Source: Myxococcota bacterium
GTDB lineage: Bacteria; Myxococcota_A; UBA796; GCA-2862545
NCBI GenBank assembly: GCA_039208735.1
Contig: JBCCQY010000023.1
Location: 1-64,000, forward strand
DNA: 64,000 nt
Reading direction: 5' to 3'
The position numbers and the translations under genes are program-made. Positions 21,739 through 32,410 of the stretch are shown piece after piece; positions within the stretch are counted from its first letter, which is position 1, and each line of letters starts with the position of its first letter. Below the pieces are notes generated by a model. That model made no database searches and was not told the DNA's origin. It was given only the letters and a program-made list of their open reading frames with translations.

Positions 21739-22589
21739 ACCGCGAACATCATCGCGTCGACATCGGCGATCTTCACTTGCACGTGGTCACCCAGGGCCCC
21801 CGCGAGGGACCCCCATTGTTGCTGCTCCATGGATTTCCGGAGTTTTGGGAGGGATGGTCACGTCAGATCGACCCGATCGCCGAAGCAGGAATCCGGGTTG
21901 TGGTGCCTGACCTCCGCGGCTACAACCTCTCCGATAAACCAAGTGCGGTCGGCGATTACCGGATGTCCGTCCTCATCCGCGATGTGCTTGGGCTCATCGA
22001 CTGGATCGGGGGCGGCCCCATTGCGCTTGGGGGGCATGACTGGGGTGGTTTGCTGGCCTTGGCGGTGGCCCAGCAGCATCCCGATCGACTCGATCGGCTC
22101 ATCGTCCTCAATGCGCCGTTTCTCGGACTGATGTGGCGAGAACTGCGCAAGCCCTCTCAGCTCATGAACAGCAGCTACATCCTTGCGTTCCAACTTCCCT
22201 GGATCGCGGAGTGGATGATTCGCGAGCGGCGGTTCCGTCGTCTGCGCATGGCCATGTACGCCAACTCGCGAAAACGCCCCTATACCGAAGCGGAGATCGA
22301 TCGCTACGTCACGAGTTGGGAGCAGCCCGGTGCGGTAAACGGGATGCTTGGTTGGTACCGGGCTCCTGCTCGCTACCCAAACGACAGCAGTGATCTGCGG
22401 CGGGTGACGGTTCCCACCAAGGTGATTTGGGGGCGTCGGGACTGGGCGCTCGGCGAGGCGCTGGTCGAACCGACGCTTGCCCTTTGTGATGATGCGAACC
22501 TCGTGTGGGTCGACGACGCGGGGCACTTCGTCCAGCATGACGCGCCCGACATTGTGAATCGAGAGATCATCGCCTTCATGGAACGTTGA
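21735..22589 (+). CDS. Alpha/beta hydrolase, epoxide-hydrolase-like
   Basis: HGFPE, DLRGYN, GHDWGG, AGHFVQ. Confidence 0.92.
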   Translation: MNREHHRVDIGDLHLHVVTQGPREGPPLLLLHGFPEFWEGWSRQIDPIAEAGIRVVVPDLRGYNLSDKPSAVGDYRMSVLIRDVLGLIDWIGGGPIALGGHDWGGLLALAVAQQHPDRLDRLIVLNAPFLGLMWRELRKPSQLMNSSYILAFQLPWIAEWMIRERRFRRLRMAMYANSRKRPYTEAEIDRYVTSWEQPGAVNGMLGWYRAPARYPNDSSDLRRVTVPTKVIWGRRDWALGEALVEPTLALCDDANLVWVDDAGHFVQHDAPDIVNREIIAFMER

Positions 22590-22672
22590 ACGAGCCGTCG
22601 GATTTCTTGCGCCCCATCTGTCGCGGTTCCACGTTTCTACCTACATGGGGTGTTTGCACTCAGGAGGTGAAC

Positions 22673-24133
22673 GTGGCCTGGCAAAGGGGTTGGTTGGCGG
22701 GGTTGGTCTTGTCCTTGGGCTGCACGCCCGAGACGAACGAGATGCCGCCCGAACAGATCCAACCCATCGAGGCAGATGGGCTCAACATCAGCATTGATCG
22801 AGTACCCAACGAGCTTGCCTTGATGGCGTCGATCGAATCCAAGCAGGCTCGCACGGTGTCGTTTACGGCGAGTGCAGAGGGGATCGATCTCGCCACGCCG
22901 GAGACGGCGCTCGTGGCGAGCCAGTCAGCTGAAGTGCCGATTCTGGGTTTGTTTCCGGCGACCTGGACCATCACCGCTATCGTCGATGGCAAGCCTGATG
23001 CCCAGTGGTCGCTCACCACCGAGCGCCCCGCCGATTTCGTGGATTCTCCAACCGAAACCTTCGGAAACACCTTTCCCCCTGAAGAGACCATCTGTGCATC
23101 GCGCGAACGTCGGGTACCCGCCTACGCGTGCACCGATCGTCGGGGAGAACCAAATTTCTACGTTCCTTTGCCCTTCAACGCGATGTTCGTGCGCCCGCTG
23201 TCGGATGGAACCTTCCTCGCTCATCCCGACGGTGGCGAGCAATTGTGGCGGTTTGACCGGCTCGGACGGGATTTGGGCTCTCTGACCGTCGACGAACTTG
23301 TGGCACAGACCAACTTCCGGATCGGTGCGATTGACGAGCACGAGGTTGTTGAGATCCTCGAGGGTCCGTGGGCCGGCGCTTGGGCGGTGCTCATGTACTC
23401 GTACGACGAGTCGGTTGAGAAGGTCGGAGCTGGGATTGTGGTGTACGATCCGGTCAAGGGTGAGCTGCTTTGGGATTGGTCGGCCCATGGCACGCCCGAC
23501 GACGGCGAGTCGGTGGACTCGGACCGGCTGCCCTATGAGCGGTGGGGCGTCCAGGAGCACGGTGAAGACTGGCTCCACGCCAATGCGTTGGTGCACGGCA
23601 CCGACAGCCAAGGCGACTTCTTCTGGATGAGCCTGCGTCATCAGGACTGGATCATCGAGATCCGGGCGCCGAGTGGAGAGGTCACCATGCAACTTGGCGC
23701 TGGGGGCGACGTCGACCTTCTTGATGGTCAGGTGTCGGATTGGTTCTTCCACCAGCACGCCCACGAGCTGAAGCGGCGTTCAGACCGCGAATTTGAGGTG
23801 CTGGTGTTCGACAACGGCAACGAGCGTCCGGGTGTGGACGAGCCTCGAACGAGGATCGTCGAATACCTCGTGGACCGCGAAGCAAAGACGGCGACCACAT
23901 TGCTCGACATCGAGACCGACTTCTTTGCGCCAGCCGCTGGTGACGCCGATCGCATGCCTACTGGTGACAACCTTCTCGTGACGCGAGCGGTTGGGGATGC
24001 GTTCGTGGCCGAATTCACCCGTGACGGATCGCGGCGGTGGAGTCAGTCCATCCCGCGCGAGGGGGAGGTCTATCGAGCCGAGTTCTACCCCTCGCTCTAC
24101 CAAACTGCGTGGTCTGCTCAGACCGGGTGGTGA
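22673..24133 (+). CDS. Arylsulfotransferase (ASST)-like lipoprotein
   Basis: DWLHANA, SLRHQDWI, FHQHAH, FDNGN, YRA motifs; LSLGC lipobox. Confidence 0.82.
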   Translation: MAWQRGWLAGLVLSLGCTPETNEMPPEQIQPIEADGLNISIDRVPNELALMASIESKQARTVSFTASAEGIDLATPETALVASQSAEVPILGLFPATWTITAIVDGKPDAQWSLTTERPADFVDSPTETFGNTFPPEETICASRERRVPAYACTDRRGEPNFYVPLPFNAMFVRPLSDGTFLAHPDGGEQLWRFDRLGRDLGSLTVDELVAQTNFRIGAIDEHEVVEILEGPWAGAWAVLMYSYDESVEKVGAGIVVYDPVKGELLWDWSAHGTPDDGESVDSDRLPYERWGVQEHGEDWLHANALVHGTDSQGDFFWMSLRHQDWIIEIRAPSGEVTMQLGAGGDVDLLDGQVSDWFFHQHAHELKRRSDREFEVLVFDNGNERPGVDEPRTRIVEYLVDREAKTATTLLDIETDFFAPAAGDADRMPTGDNLLVTRAVGDAFVAEFTRDGSRRWSQSIPREGEVYRAEFYPSLYQTAWSAQTGW

Positions 24134-24266
24134 TGGGCGTCGTGGCCAGGTCGACGACCGGGGAGGTACCGACCTGGTCAACTGGGTAGCCCGTTGGTTC
24201 CGTCCGCCAAATTACAGATCGAGAACGCGCGGCGTTGGACGAACGACCCGCCCGTGGAGACCATCG

Positions 24267-24893
24267 ATGGCCGACGAAGACGAAGAGACTACCCCTACTG
24301 TCCAGACGAACGGGCCGACCCCCTTCACGCCGATCGATCAGCATTTGTTCGAGTCCCGAACCGTCTTCGTGAGCGGTCAGGTGAATCACGAACTCGCGAT
24401 GAAGGTCAACCGGCAGCTCCTGGCGCTCGAACGCGCCGATCCTGAACGACCCATCGTGCTTTGGATCGACTCGCCCGGTGGCGCCGTGTACTCGGGCTTC
24501 GCCATCTACGACACCGCTCGCTTCGTGAAACCCCGCGTGATCACGGTGGTTGCAGGAATGGCGTGGTCGATGGGCTCTGTGATTGCGCTGTGCGCCGAGA
24601 AGGACGACCGTGTGGCGCTGCCCAATGCCAAGCTCCTCATCCACCAGCCCCTGATCAGCGGTACGCTCCGCGGTTCAGCGGCCGAGATTGCGATCCACGC
24701 TGCGGACATCGTGGCGCTGAAGAAGAAGATGCATCGCCTCTATGCAGAGCGGACCGGCGGTTCGGTCGAGAAGTTCGAGGAGCTGATGGAGCGCGACCGC
24801 TGGGTTGAGGTCGACGAAGCCATCGAGCTGGGACTGATTTCGCGCACCGTGGGCACGCGGGCCGAGATCGACGAATTGATCGAACGCGGCTGA
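24267..24893 (+). CDS. clpP: ATP-dependent Clp protease proteolytic subunit
   Basis: IDSPGG, AWSMG (catalytic Ser), IHQP (His), ERDRW (Asp). Confidence 0.93.
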   Translation: MADEDEETTPTVQTNGPTPFTPIDQHLFESRTVFVSGQVNHELAMKVNRQLLALERADPERPIVLWIDSPGGAVYSGFAIYDTARFVKPRVITVVAGMAWSMGSVIALCAEKDDRVALPNAKLLIHQPLISGTLRGSAAEIAIHAADIVALKKKMHRLYAERTGGSVEKFEELMERDRWVEVDEAIELGLISRTVGTRAEIDELIERG

Positions 24894-24897
24894 TCAG

Positions 24898-25118
24898 CTC
24901 GCAGGAGCGAACGCACGAAAGCTGACCGGGTGAGCCTGCAGGCGAGTAGCGCCGAAGGCCAGCGGTGCTCAAACGGCGCAAGCCATGCTTGCTGCTAGGG
25001 CAGCTTTCGTCGCTTGCGCTCCGAGCCGAACGGCCATCGGGGCAACGAGATGCCCCTAGCTGTTCGGCTCCCGCGGCCAGGTGCCCATTGGCGTGAATCG
25101 AATCCCCGATTCCAATGG
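24898..25118. ncRNA. Candidate structured RNA (three consecutive hairpins)
   Basis: acgaaagctg/cagctttcgt, gagccgaacggc/gctgttcggctc and ccattgg/ccaatgg stems in a gene-free spacer. Confidence 0.35.
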
Positions 25119-25296
25119 TTTCATCGTAGGGTGTGCTTTATGTCTATAATATCGTTGATATACCGAGTGGGTTGGGTGATGTTTGGACACAAAATTTGCC
25201 GAAATCACTAAAATTGGGCAAAGAATGAATGTTCATTCATTCTCGCCCAGCCCTCCAGAAGTGACCCATCGACACGATTGGAGGCCTGGAGGAGCG

Positions 25297-25941
25297 ATGT
25301 TCACTTGGCTTGCTGTGGCGACGCCTGCGTGGGGCGGGCTCCCTGCACATCTTGAGATTCGGCCGGTTGCAGCTACGGCTGAGGTGTTGGCTCGCTTCGA
25401 GCGGTGGCAACGAGTGACCGGTCAGGCCACCAGTCTTCCTGCGTGTCAGCCTCTCGAGATTCCCGAGGTGCAGTTGTGCTTTCGGGTTTGGGAAGGGAGA
25501 CGCCGACGTTGGGTCACCCTGTCGGATCTCGCGACATGGGGCACCTCGGGAGCTGACCTTCGCGAAGCCGTCGTTGAAGACTGTGCGGGGTCGTTGAGAG
25601 CCTTGCAACGCCAGACGGTTGCTGGCTCTACCGCCTCATACTTGACGCTCACGGACGGCGACGGTCGGGCCACGAGCGGCATTCTCTGTCCTACGCTGCT
25701 CGCGAAACGCGTTTCAGCACTCGGCCTTCGGGTTGGTTCAGGCTTTCGCGCCGCACTGCCCACCCAAGATGTGCTACTGGTGTGGCCGGCAGGAGACCCC
25801 GAACTCGACAGGATCCTCGCGGTTGCGGCCCGTGAAATCCATGAGCAACAGCGGCACGCGTTGACGCCTCAAATCATGCATTACGACGGGGACCGTTGGC
25901 GGCTATTCGGACGCGCCGTGCTTCGCTCCGAGACCGAGTAA
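25297..25941 (+). CDS. Hypothetical exported protein, possibly DUF1444-like
   Basis: GGAGG RBS; hydrophobic N-terminus; DGDGRATSGIL and ALPTQDVLLVW motifs. Confidence 0.6.
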   Translation: MFTWLAVATPAWGGLPAHLEIRPVAATAEVLARFERWQRVTGQATSLPACQPLEIPEVQLCFRVWEGRRRRWVTLSDLATWGTSGADLREAVVEDCAGSLRALQRQTVAGSTASYLTLTDGDGRATSGILCPTLLAKRVSALGLRVGSGFRAALPTQDVLLVWPAGDPELDRILAVAAREIHEQQRHALTPQIMHYDGDRWRLFGRAVLRSETE

Positions 25942-25943
25942 GC

Positions 25944-28016
25944 CTACCACCCTGCCGAGCCCGGCCCCCCGTAAGCACCGATGTCGCTCCGGGTGCCGTC
26001 CGCATCGAGGACGTCTTCGGCCCCTGCGTCGCGGAGCGGCGAGTCGGCTTGGAGCCTTAGGTCCCACTTGTTGGGGTCGTTGCCCTGGATATCCACGTAG
26101 CGAGGATCGTGCGTAGTGTACTCGAAAGGTGGCAGACCCGAGAATGGATCGACGTCAGTCGTGTTGAAGACGTTGACCACGTCGTGAACTGGGTAGACGA
26201 CTTCGTCGAAGCTTGCGCCGATAGCTGTTCCGGCGGATGGCCCGAGCGGGTCCAGCTCGTTCTGGTAGAAGCTAAGATTTCTGAACTGATAGTTGCTCAA
26301 GCAACATGCCTTATTGGCGAAGATTCCTGCGCCTTTTGAGTCATCGGTTCTACCGACAATTCGGTTCCCAACAAAGTCTGCGTTTTCAACCAGAAACGGA
26401 GCACTACCCACCTCAATGTACAAGCCAGCACCGACCGCCGTTCCATCAATCCCACCATCGGCCCGGTTCCCTGCCACAATCAGGTTGCGTACGCTGCTGC
26501 CGGTTGGAGCGTCGGCGCTGAACGTAGCGGAACTGACGTACGCCGCACCTCCGCTAATCTGGTTTCCGCGTACATAATTGTTGCGAAGATCGATCCATCT
26601 AGCATCTCGAAAGCCGAGCAGGTGAAGAACTCCACCGGAGATTACATCACCAATCGCCCGGTTGTTGGTGGCAGTCAGCGCCGAAACTTCGAGCGATGTG
26701 TCTCCACTCAAGTACGCGATGCCGAGTGCGACGGAGGAGTCCGCTTTCTCTAGGTCAAGCGTCGAGTTTCGCAACTCTATCTGGTTCAGAGACCCTCTCG
26801 CTTCACCTGTTGTCAGAGTTGTGCCGAAATACAGTGCGGTCCCGCGGTTCTGAGTGACTGAAATGCCATCCATAACCAGACGATCTACGATGCACTCTCC
26901 ACCATAAAGCGACACCACTCCACTGAAAAGTCCGATTGTATCTGGCGAGAATCGGGCATTGTAGTTCTGGATTTCTATTCTTCGAAGCGTGACGCTGGAG
27001 TCCTCCGCGAAGATGACTCCGCCTGCGATGGCTACGTGATGTGGACGAGGATCCGAAGTGAGCGAAGACTCACTTACCCTTAAGCCTTCAACGAGGATGT
27101 CGCAGCTGTCCGCGCTCAACCACCCACCTCGCAGGTTGGCTTCAAACTGCAGCGGGCCGTCCTGCACTTCAAAGGTCAAACCCTGAACGGTGACGTCCGT
27201 GCTCGTTACCGAGCCATTCGAACAGCGGACCAAGCCGCCGTCTATACCGAAAGACCCATCGTCCTCAGTACGCAATGTGAAGTCTGCCATCTCGATGTTG
27301 GAAAGCTCAAGGTGGCCACGATCAATGTCCGCCAGACGGCTGGATGAAAGGCTAGAACTTTTAGGGCCCCGAAATGAGATTCGGCGAAGTGTGAGTTCGG
27401 CACCAATCTCAATGTCGAATAGTGCAGATTCGAGTGCTACAGGGAGTTCGAGCTGTGGAATGGCGCCCCCTTCAGGCCCTGTAACGACGTACGATCCAGT
27501 GACTGAAATGGCGGTTTAAGCCTCAGTTAGGCTACTCTGCAAACAGATCTCGCTATTGGTGGGCAGTGCGTCCATCGCTTGCTCGATGGTCGCGTAATCT
27601 GTAGGAACGCGGTTCAGATCCGCCTTTCCATCACAATCGTTGTCGATCAGGTCACAAATCTCTGGACTACCCGGGAAGATCGTCGCATCATTGTCGTTGC
27701 AGTCGCCGGTAGTCTGGCTCAGCCCGGCGTCGAGTTCACACACCCTCTGCAGGGTCTCTGCAACCCCGACTCCGTCCCCATCTGCATCGACGAAGGCAAT
27801 GAGCCCGTCAACAGGGTCGTTATCAATGACACCATCGCAGTCCGAGTCGACCCCATCGCAAAACTCATCGGCACCTGGAAAGATCGCCGAATTCATGTCG
27901 TCGCAGTCGCGGCTCGTCACGAAGCCGTCGTTGTCGTAGTCGAATTCACCTGGCACGACGGGACTGCTGCAACCAAACACGACAAGCGCCGCAAGCGCAC
28001 TTCGCTGAAGGGCCAT
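25944..28016 (-). pseudogene. Lipoprotein with Cys-rich DCDD (putative metal-binding) repeats plus beta-helix-like domain, interrupted by an in-frame TAA
   Basis: DCDD..IFPGA.E.CDG.D.DCDG repeats; both ORFs are in one frame and the gap is open except TAA at 27516-27518; C-terminal SPLRDAG..RSDIGAYGGP. Confidence 0.75.
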
Positions 28017-28183
28017 TTCCGTCTCCTCCTGGGCGATGACGAAGCGACCTTACTGCGGAACGATCAACTGCGGGAGCCTCCCGCGTGACCTACCTCACCA
28101 AATTTCCGCCTACGGGAACCTGTCGTGGCCGGGCGCCATCGCTGTGGCTAGTAGCCCTCCAGCCTCATCGGGGAGCCTCGAGG

Positions 28184-30022
28184 ATGAAATCTGGAGATGT
28201 TCTCGCAGACCGGTGGCGTCTCGAAACGGTCCTCCAGACGCGAGACGGCATTGCGAGATGGCGAGCCACGGACCAGCACAGCGGAACGGATGTCGAGGTT
28301 CTCTCCTTGACACCCGGCCGCTCGTCTGACGCGGACCGGCGAGCTTTTCTCGAAACGCACCGCATCATGCGTGACTCGGAGGTGGAGGGAACCGTGCCCA
28401 CCATCGCCCTGCACCCTGGTGACCCGGGGCCCTTTGCGGTTCGCCCAGCCCTAAGTTCGCAAACGCTTGCGGATCTGCGGGCGCCGCTCGATGCTCACAT
28501 CGTGGCGGCCATCGGGGTGGCTTTGCTACCCGCGGTGGCGGCAAGCGGCGGAGCGTCCCGGGGGGCCCTGCTCATGTCAGATGTGGCGCTCGACGAAGAT
28601 GGAAGGTCCGTACTCGCCTTTCGTGGCACGCCACTGAACCAGGTCATTCGAGGGACCACCCGCGCCGTCGCCCCCGAGGTCCTTGCGGGTCGAGGCCCCG
28701 ACGCGGCGTCGGGTCTGTTCGGTCTTGGCGTTGCTCTCTACCGTCTCGCGACAGGGCGAGAACCGGACCTTGGCAAGGCAGGGGTTCCACCAGCTCCCCC
28801 CTCCGCCGTGCGGCACGGTGTTCCCGCGGCGTTAGACGATGGCATCCTTCGCCTGCTCTCTTCAGACCCTTCCGAGCGAGCCGGTGCGCTTCCCAGCCTG
28901 CAGGAGGCCGCCGGAGACACGGTACATCCCGATCTCCGGGGCTACGCCAAACCTGCTGCTGTGCTCGGTGAAGTCAAGGTGACTACGAGCCGCAGCTCTT
29001 CTGCCACGAACGGCCGAAGCGCACGACACGAGACCCCTCGTGCGATGGCGATGGTGCCCCATCAGACGCTCAAAGGTCTCGATCCAGAACAGCGCCATGC
29101 AATCGCTGGCGCAACCGAGGTGTCGCTCGACGTCATCGACCAGGTTGTGGCGAGGCAGTGGCCGTTGGTCGTGGGCGGCTTTCCGCTTCGTGCCGAAGCA
29201 GTTCGGGAGTCACGACGGTTGACGGAACTATCAGGAGTGCCGGTCCACGCAGGGGTCGCAGGGGCCGGACGGGCACTCTGGCTGCCCTTGATCGCAACGC
29301 TGGCCATCGGAGCCCCCTTGGCCCTCGTGACCCTCGGACTCATGATCGCGCAGGTGTGGTGGTTGGCGGTACCGATGGCGGGCGCGTTGGCCATCGACGT
29401 CGTTATCGCTGCAGCAACATGGCTTTGGCTTCGCTCCCGTGCCACGGATTGGTCCAATGCCAACGAAGCCTGGCGACTGGTTGCTGATCATCGCGACCAG
29501 CGCGAAACGTATGGATTGAAGCCGGTGAGCGATGACCTTGCGGCGCTGCGGCGGCAGCTCGCTCAAGCCGAGCTCCCCCCGGCCGCCGCCTCCGATCTTC
29601 GGTCGGTTCTCAAGGAGGTCGACGCGCGAATCGACGCGTTGCACGAGCGAGCAGAGGCCGCCTCGGGAGCCCTTCGTCAGGTGGATTCCGCGGGCCTCGA
29701 GACCCGATTGGGGCTCCTTCAAGGGAAGGCGGGGCTAACCGAGGCTGAGACTGCAGAACGGGACCGCCTATCGCGAATCCTCGCCGATCTCGATGATGTG
29801 AAGGGGCGGCAGCGCTCGGTTCATGAAGAGGCGTCACGGCTTCGCGACGCCCTGGCCGAGGTGGCGGCGGTGCTCGGGCAGCTCGGTGATGAAGTCTCGG
29901 ATGACGCGCTCGCGGCCTTAGGGAAGGGAGCCCGTCACATCGAGGCCGCCGCAAGACCTTCCGAACGGGAGGAGCTTCGTCAGCGTCAGCTCGCTCAACG
30001 GCAGGCCGAACGCAACTCATGA
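28184..30022 (+). CDS. Ser/Thr-kinase-like (pseudokinase) membrane protein with coiled-coil C-terminus
   Basis: GDVLADRWRLE, GTTRAVAPEV, LFGLGVALYRLATG, DPSER; two TM segments. Confidence 0.75.
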   Translation: MKSGDVLADRWRLETVLQTRDGIARWRATDQHSGTDVEVLSLTPGRSSDADRRAFLETHRIMRDSEVEGTVPTIALHPGDPGPFAVRPALSSQTLADLRAPLDAHIVAAIGVALLPAVAASGGASRGALLMSDVALDEDGRSVLAFRGTPLNQVIRGTTRAVAPEVLAGRGPDAASGLFGLGVALYRLATGREPDLGKAGVPPAPPSAVRHGVPAALDDGILRLLSSDPSERAGALPSLQEAAGDTVHPDLRGYAKPAAVLGEVKVTTSRSSSATNGRSARHETPRAMAMVPHQTLKGLDPEQRHAIAGATEVSLDVIDQVVARQWPLVVGGFPLRAEAVRESRRLTELSGVPVHAGVAGAGRALWLPLIATLAIGAPLALVTLGLMIAQVWWLAVPMAGALAIDVVIAAATWLWLRSRATDWSNANEAWRLVADHRDQRETYGLKPVSDDLAALRRQLAQAELPPAAASDLRSVLKEVDARIDALHERAEAASGALRQVDSAGLETRLGLLQGKAGLTEAETAERDRLSRILADLDDVKGRQRSVHEEASRLRDALAEVAAVLGQLGDEVSDDALAALGKGARHIEAAARPSEREELRQRQLAQRQAERNS

Positions 30023-30645
30023 AACGATCGGGTCGACCACGGCGTGACGCTATCGTTGCGCTGTGCCCAAAGGGTGCGCCAGGCAACATCGTGGTCGACG
30101 TGGGTGCAGATCATGGGCGCATTGCGCAGCGAATCGGAGCCATCGCAACGGAACGCATGCCCCATCGGCGCAGCGGGGTCACGGTTCGGTGGGTCATCGC
30201 CGATGGACTACGACCCTTCCGACACGTCGATGGTGTCGTGATCGCCGGCATGGGTGCGAGAACGATCGGTCGCATCCTGTCGGAAGGCCCTACGCCCTCA
30301 TGGGCGGTCCTTCACGCGCAGGATGACCCCATCACCCTTAGGCATTGGCTGGCGGCGCACGGGTATCGGATCGAAGCCGAAGGGCTCGCAGAGGAAGCCG
30401 GTCGGTTCGCGGAGATTTGCCGAGTGCGACCCGGCGAAGAGACATCGACAGGTCGTTGGCTCTCGTTCGGCCCCCGTCTGCTACGTGACGGCGCACCGCA
30501 CCTTCAGGCGCATCTGGAAGAACTGCGAACCTATTACACGGACCTGGCCCAGCAGACCCAGGGGCACGAAGTGCATCAGACCTACGCTGGGCATGCGGCC
30601 TTCTTGGATGCGCGTCTGGCCGAGCTGGTCGAGCCAGACGGGTGA
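30019..30645 (+). CDS. trmK: tRNA (adenine22-N1)-methyltransferase
   Basis: VDVGADHG, ADGL, VIAGMGARTI, LRHWL. Confidence 0.85.
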   Translation: MKRSGRPRRDAIVALCPKGAPGNIVVDVGADHGRIAQRIGAIATERMPHRRSGVTVRWVIADGLRPFRHVDGVVIAGMGARTIGRILSEGPTPSWAVLHAQDDPITLRHWLAAHGYRIEAEGLAEEAGRFAEICRVRPGEETSTGRWLSFGPRLLRDGAPHLQAHLEELRTYYTDLAQQTQGHEVHQTYAGHAAFLDARLAELVEPDG

Positions 30646-30704
30646 TTGCCGGTGCAGATAGGGTCGGGTAAGCTCGGCGGTAGCTTTGCTTCTGGAGCAC
30701 GCCG

Positions 30705-32408
30705 ATGGCCTCTTTTTTCGCGACGCTTCTGATTTGGTTCTCGGCCGCTTTGGCCGCACAGCCGTCCAACGTTGGGGGGCGGGTCGACGACGGTCTGGTG
30801 CTTGACGTCACTGAAGAGGGGTTGCAGCAACTTACACCTGCTGTTGCAGCCGCCATTCCCACCCCAGTTGAACCCGGAGATATCGAGCTATCGTTTCCAG
30901 TCATTTTCGGGACAATCAACGTGGCGGTCACCAACCTCTCAGTTGACGTTGAGGTGGATGAGGTGAGAGTGACGCCACGCAGCGGCGTCCTTGAACTCGA
31001 CGTCGATGCAACTGTATCCGTGAATAGCGACCCGAATCCTGCTAATCTTCAGGTTGCAGGCACCCAGTGCAACTTCTATATGTCGCCGTTCCAAGTTCAG
31101 GCTTCGACAACGGCAATGGTCGAACTCTTACGTGACGATCAGGGAATCGATTTCGACCGTGACGGAACGCCAGATACTAAGAACGTAGACGTGTCTTTCG
31201 GGGCGTTCACCCTTTCGGACAATGCGACGACGGATGACCTACAAGGGTGCAATACACTTCAGGACATCAACGCTATCCTCTCGCTCGTCGGGATCGATGT
31301 CCTAAGTCTGGTTCTTGACCTCCTCCGAGATGAACTCTTGGTGGTGATTGAAGCGCTTCCTGCTCAGCTCGAGCCGCTCATCGAAGAGCCCTTCCGCAGC
31401 TTCAACGTCGCCCAAGAAATCGATATCCTCGGTGTTCCGCTCTTTCTCGCCCTGTGGCCCGACACCCTCGCCATCAACAGTGATGGCATGCGCGTCGGCA
31501 TCGCAAGCTTCACCGACGCTCCGCTCGACCCCTGCACGGCCCAGTATGGCATCGATACCTACGAAGCCTCCAGCGAGCCGGTGCCGCTGCCACCCTACCC
31601 AGACAGCCCCGTCAACGCCCCTCACGTGGTCGGGTTCGCCGAGGACGACTTCGCCAACCAGGCCTTGTTCGCCACGTGGGCCGGTGGCTTGTTGTGCCTC
31701 GACCTCAACGATCCCGAGAACACTTTCAACTTGCCGTTAGCTATCGACAGCAGTTTGCTGGCCGTCCTCGCGCCGTCAGGCACCTACGACAAGGTGTTTG
31801 ACGAAGTTGTGCCCATCTCGCTGGTCACCGATCCCAAAGCCCCGCCGGTGGTTGACCTCACAGGCGCCGAAGACATCACCGTGTTGCTGGATCCCGTAGG
31901 CTTCGTCGTCGAGGCGGAAGTCGCAGGTCGGCGCAGCCGTGTGCTCGACATTGAAGTGATCGGACGGCTGGGAGCAGACCTGGATTTCGATGGGCAAAGC
32001 GGTGAGATCTCGCTTGGCCTCACCCAGATTACCGATGACAGTGTCGACGTTGCCGTAGTGCACAACGACTTCGCTCCCGAAGTGAACGCGGATATTGAAG
32101 CCGGCGTGAACGCATTGTTGACGAAAGTGGCGGGTCCATTGCTCGACGAACAGTTGGCGGCAGCAACGCTCACTCTCGAGCTGCCCACCTTCGACGGTTT
32201 CGGCCTCCAGAGCCTCGACGTCGAGCCAGCGGCTGGCGACGACTCCATCCTCGGCACCTACGCATTGGTCGGCGAGGTTCCCTACGTCGGTGCGAGCTGC
32301 ACGGATGGAGGAGGATGCGACCAGGGTTGCACCAGCGGTGGGCTTCCCACGGGCACGACACTCGGCTTCCTCGGTGTGCTTGCCCTGATCGTTCGGCGTC
32401 GGCGCTAA
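30705..32408 (+). CDS. Exported acidic LBP/BPI-like protein with MYXO-CTERM-like tail
   Basis: Signal peptide; C-terminal GCTSGG-hydrophobic-RRRR. Confidence 0.65.
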   Translation: MASFFATLLIWFSAALAAQPSNVGGRVDDGLVLDVTEEGLQQLTPAVAAAIPTPVEPGDIELSFPVIFGTINVAVTNLSVDVEVDEVRVTPRSGVLELDVDATVSVNSDPNPANLQVAGTQCNFYMSPFQVQASTTAMVELLRDDQGIDFDRDGTPDTKNVDVSFGAFTLSDNATTDDLQGCNTLQDINAILSLVGIDVLSLVLDLLRDELLVVIEALPAQLEPLIEEPFRSFNVAQEIDILGVPLFLALWPDTLAINSDGMRVGIASFTDAPLDPCTAQYGIDTYEASSEPVPLPPYPDSPVNAPHVVGFAEDDFANQALFATWAGGLLCLDLNDPENTFNLPLAIDSSLLAVLAPSGTYDKVFDEVVPISLVTDPKAPPVVDLTGAEDITVLLDPVGFVVEAEVAGRRSRVLDIEVIGRLGADLDFDGQSGEISLGLTQITDDSVDVAVVHNDFAPEVNADIEAGVNALLTKVAGPLLDEQLAAATLTLELPTFDGFGLQSLDVEPAAGDDSILGTYALVGEVPYVGASCTDGGGCDQGCTSGGLPTGTTLGFLGVLALIVRRRR

Positions 32409-32410
32409 GC

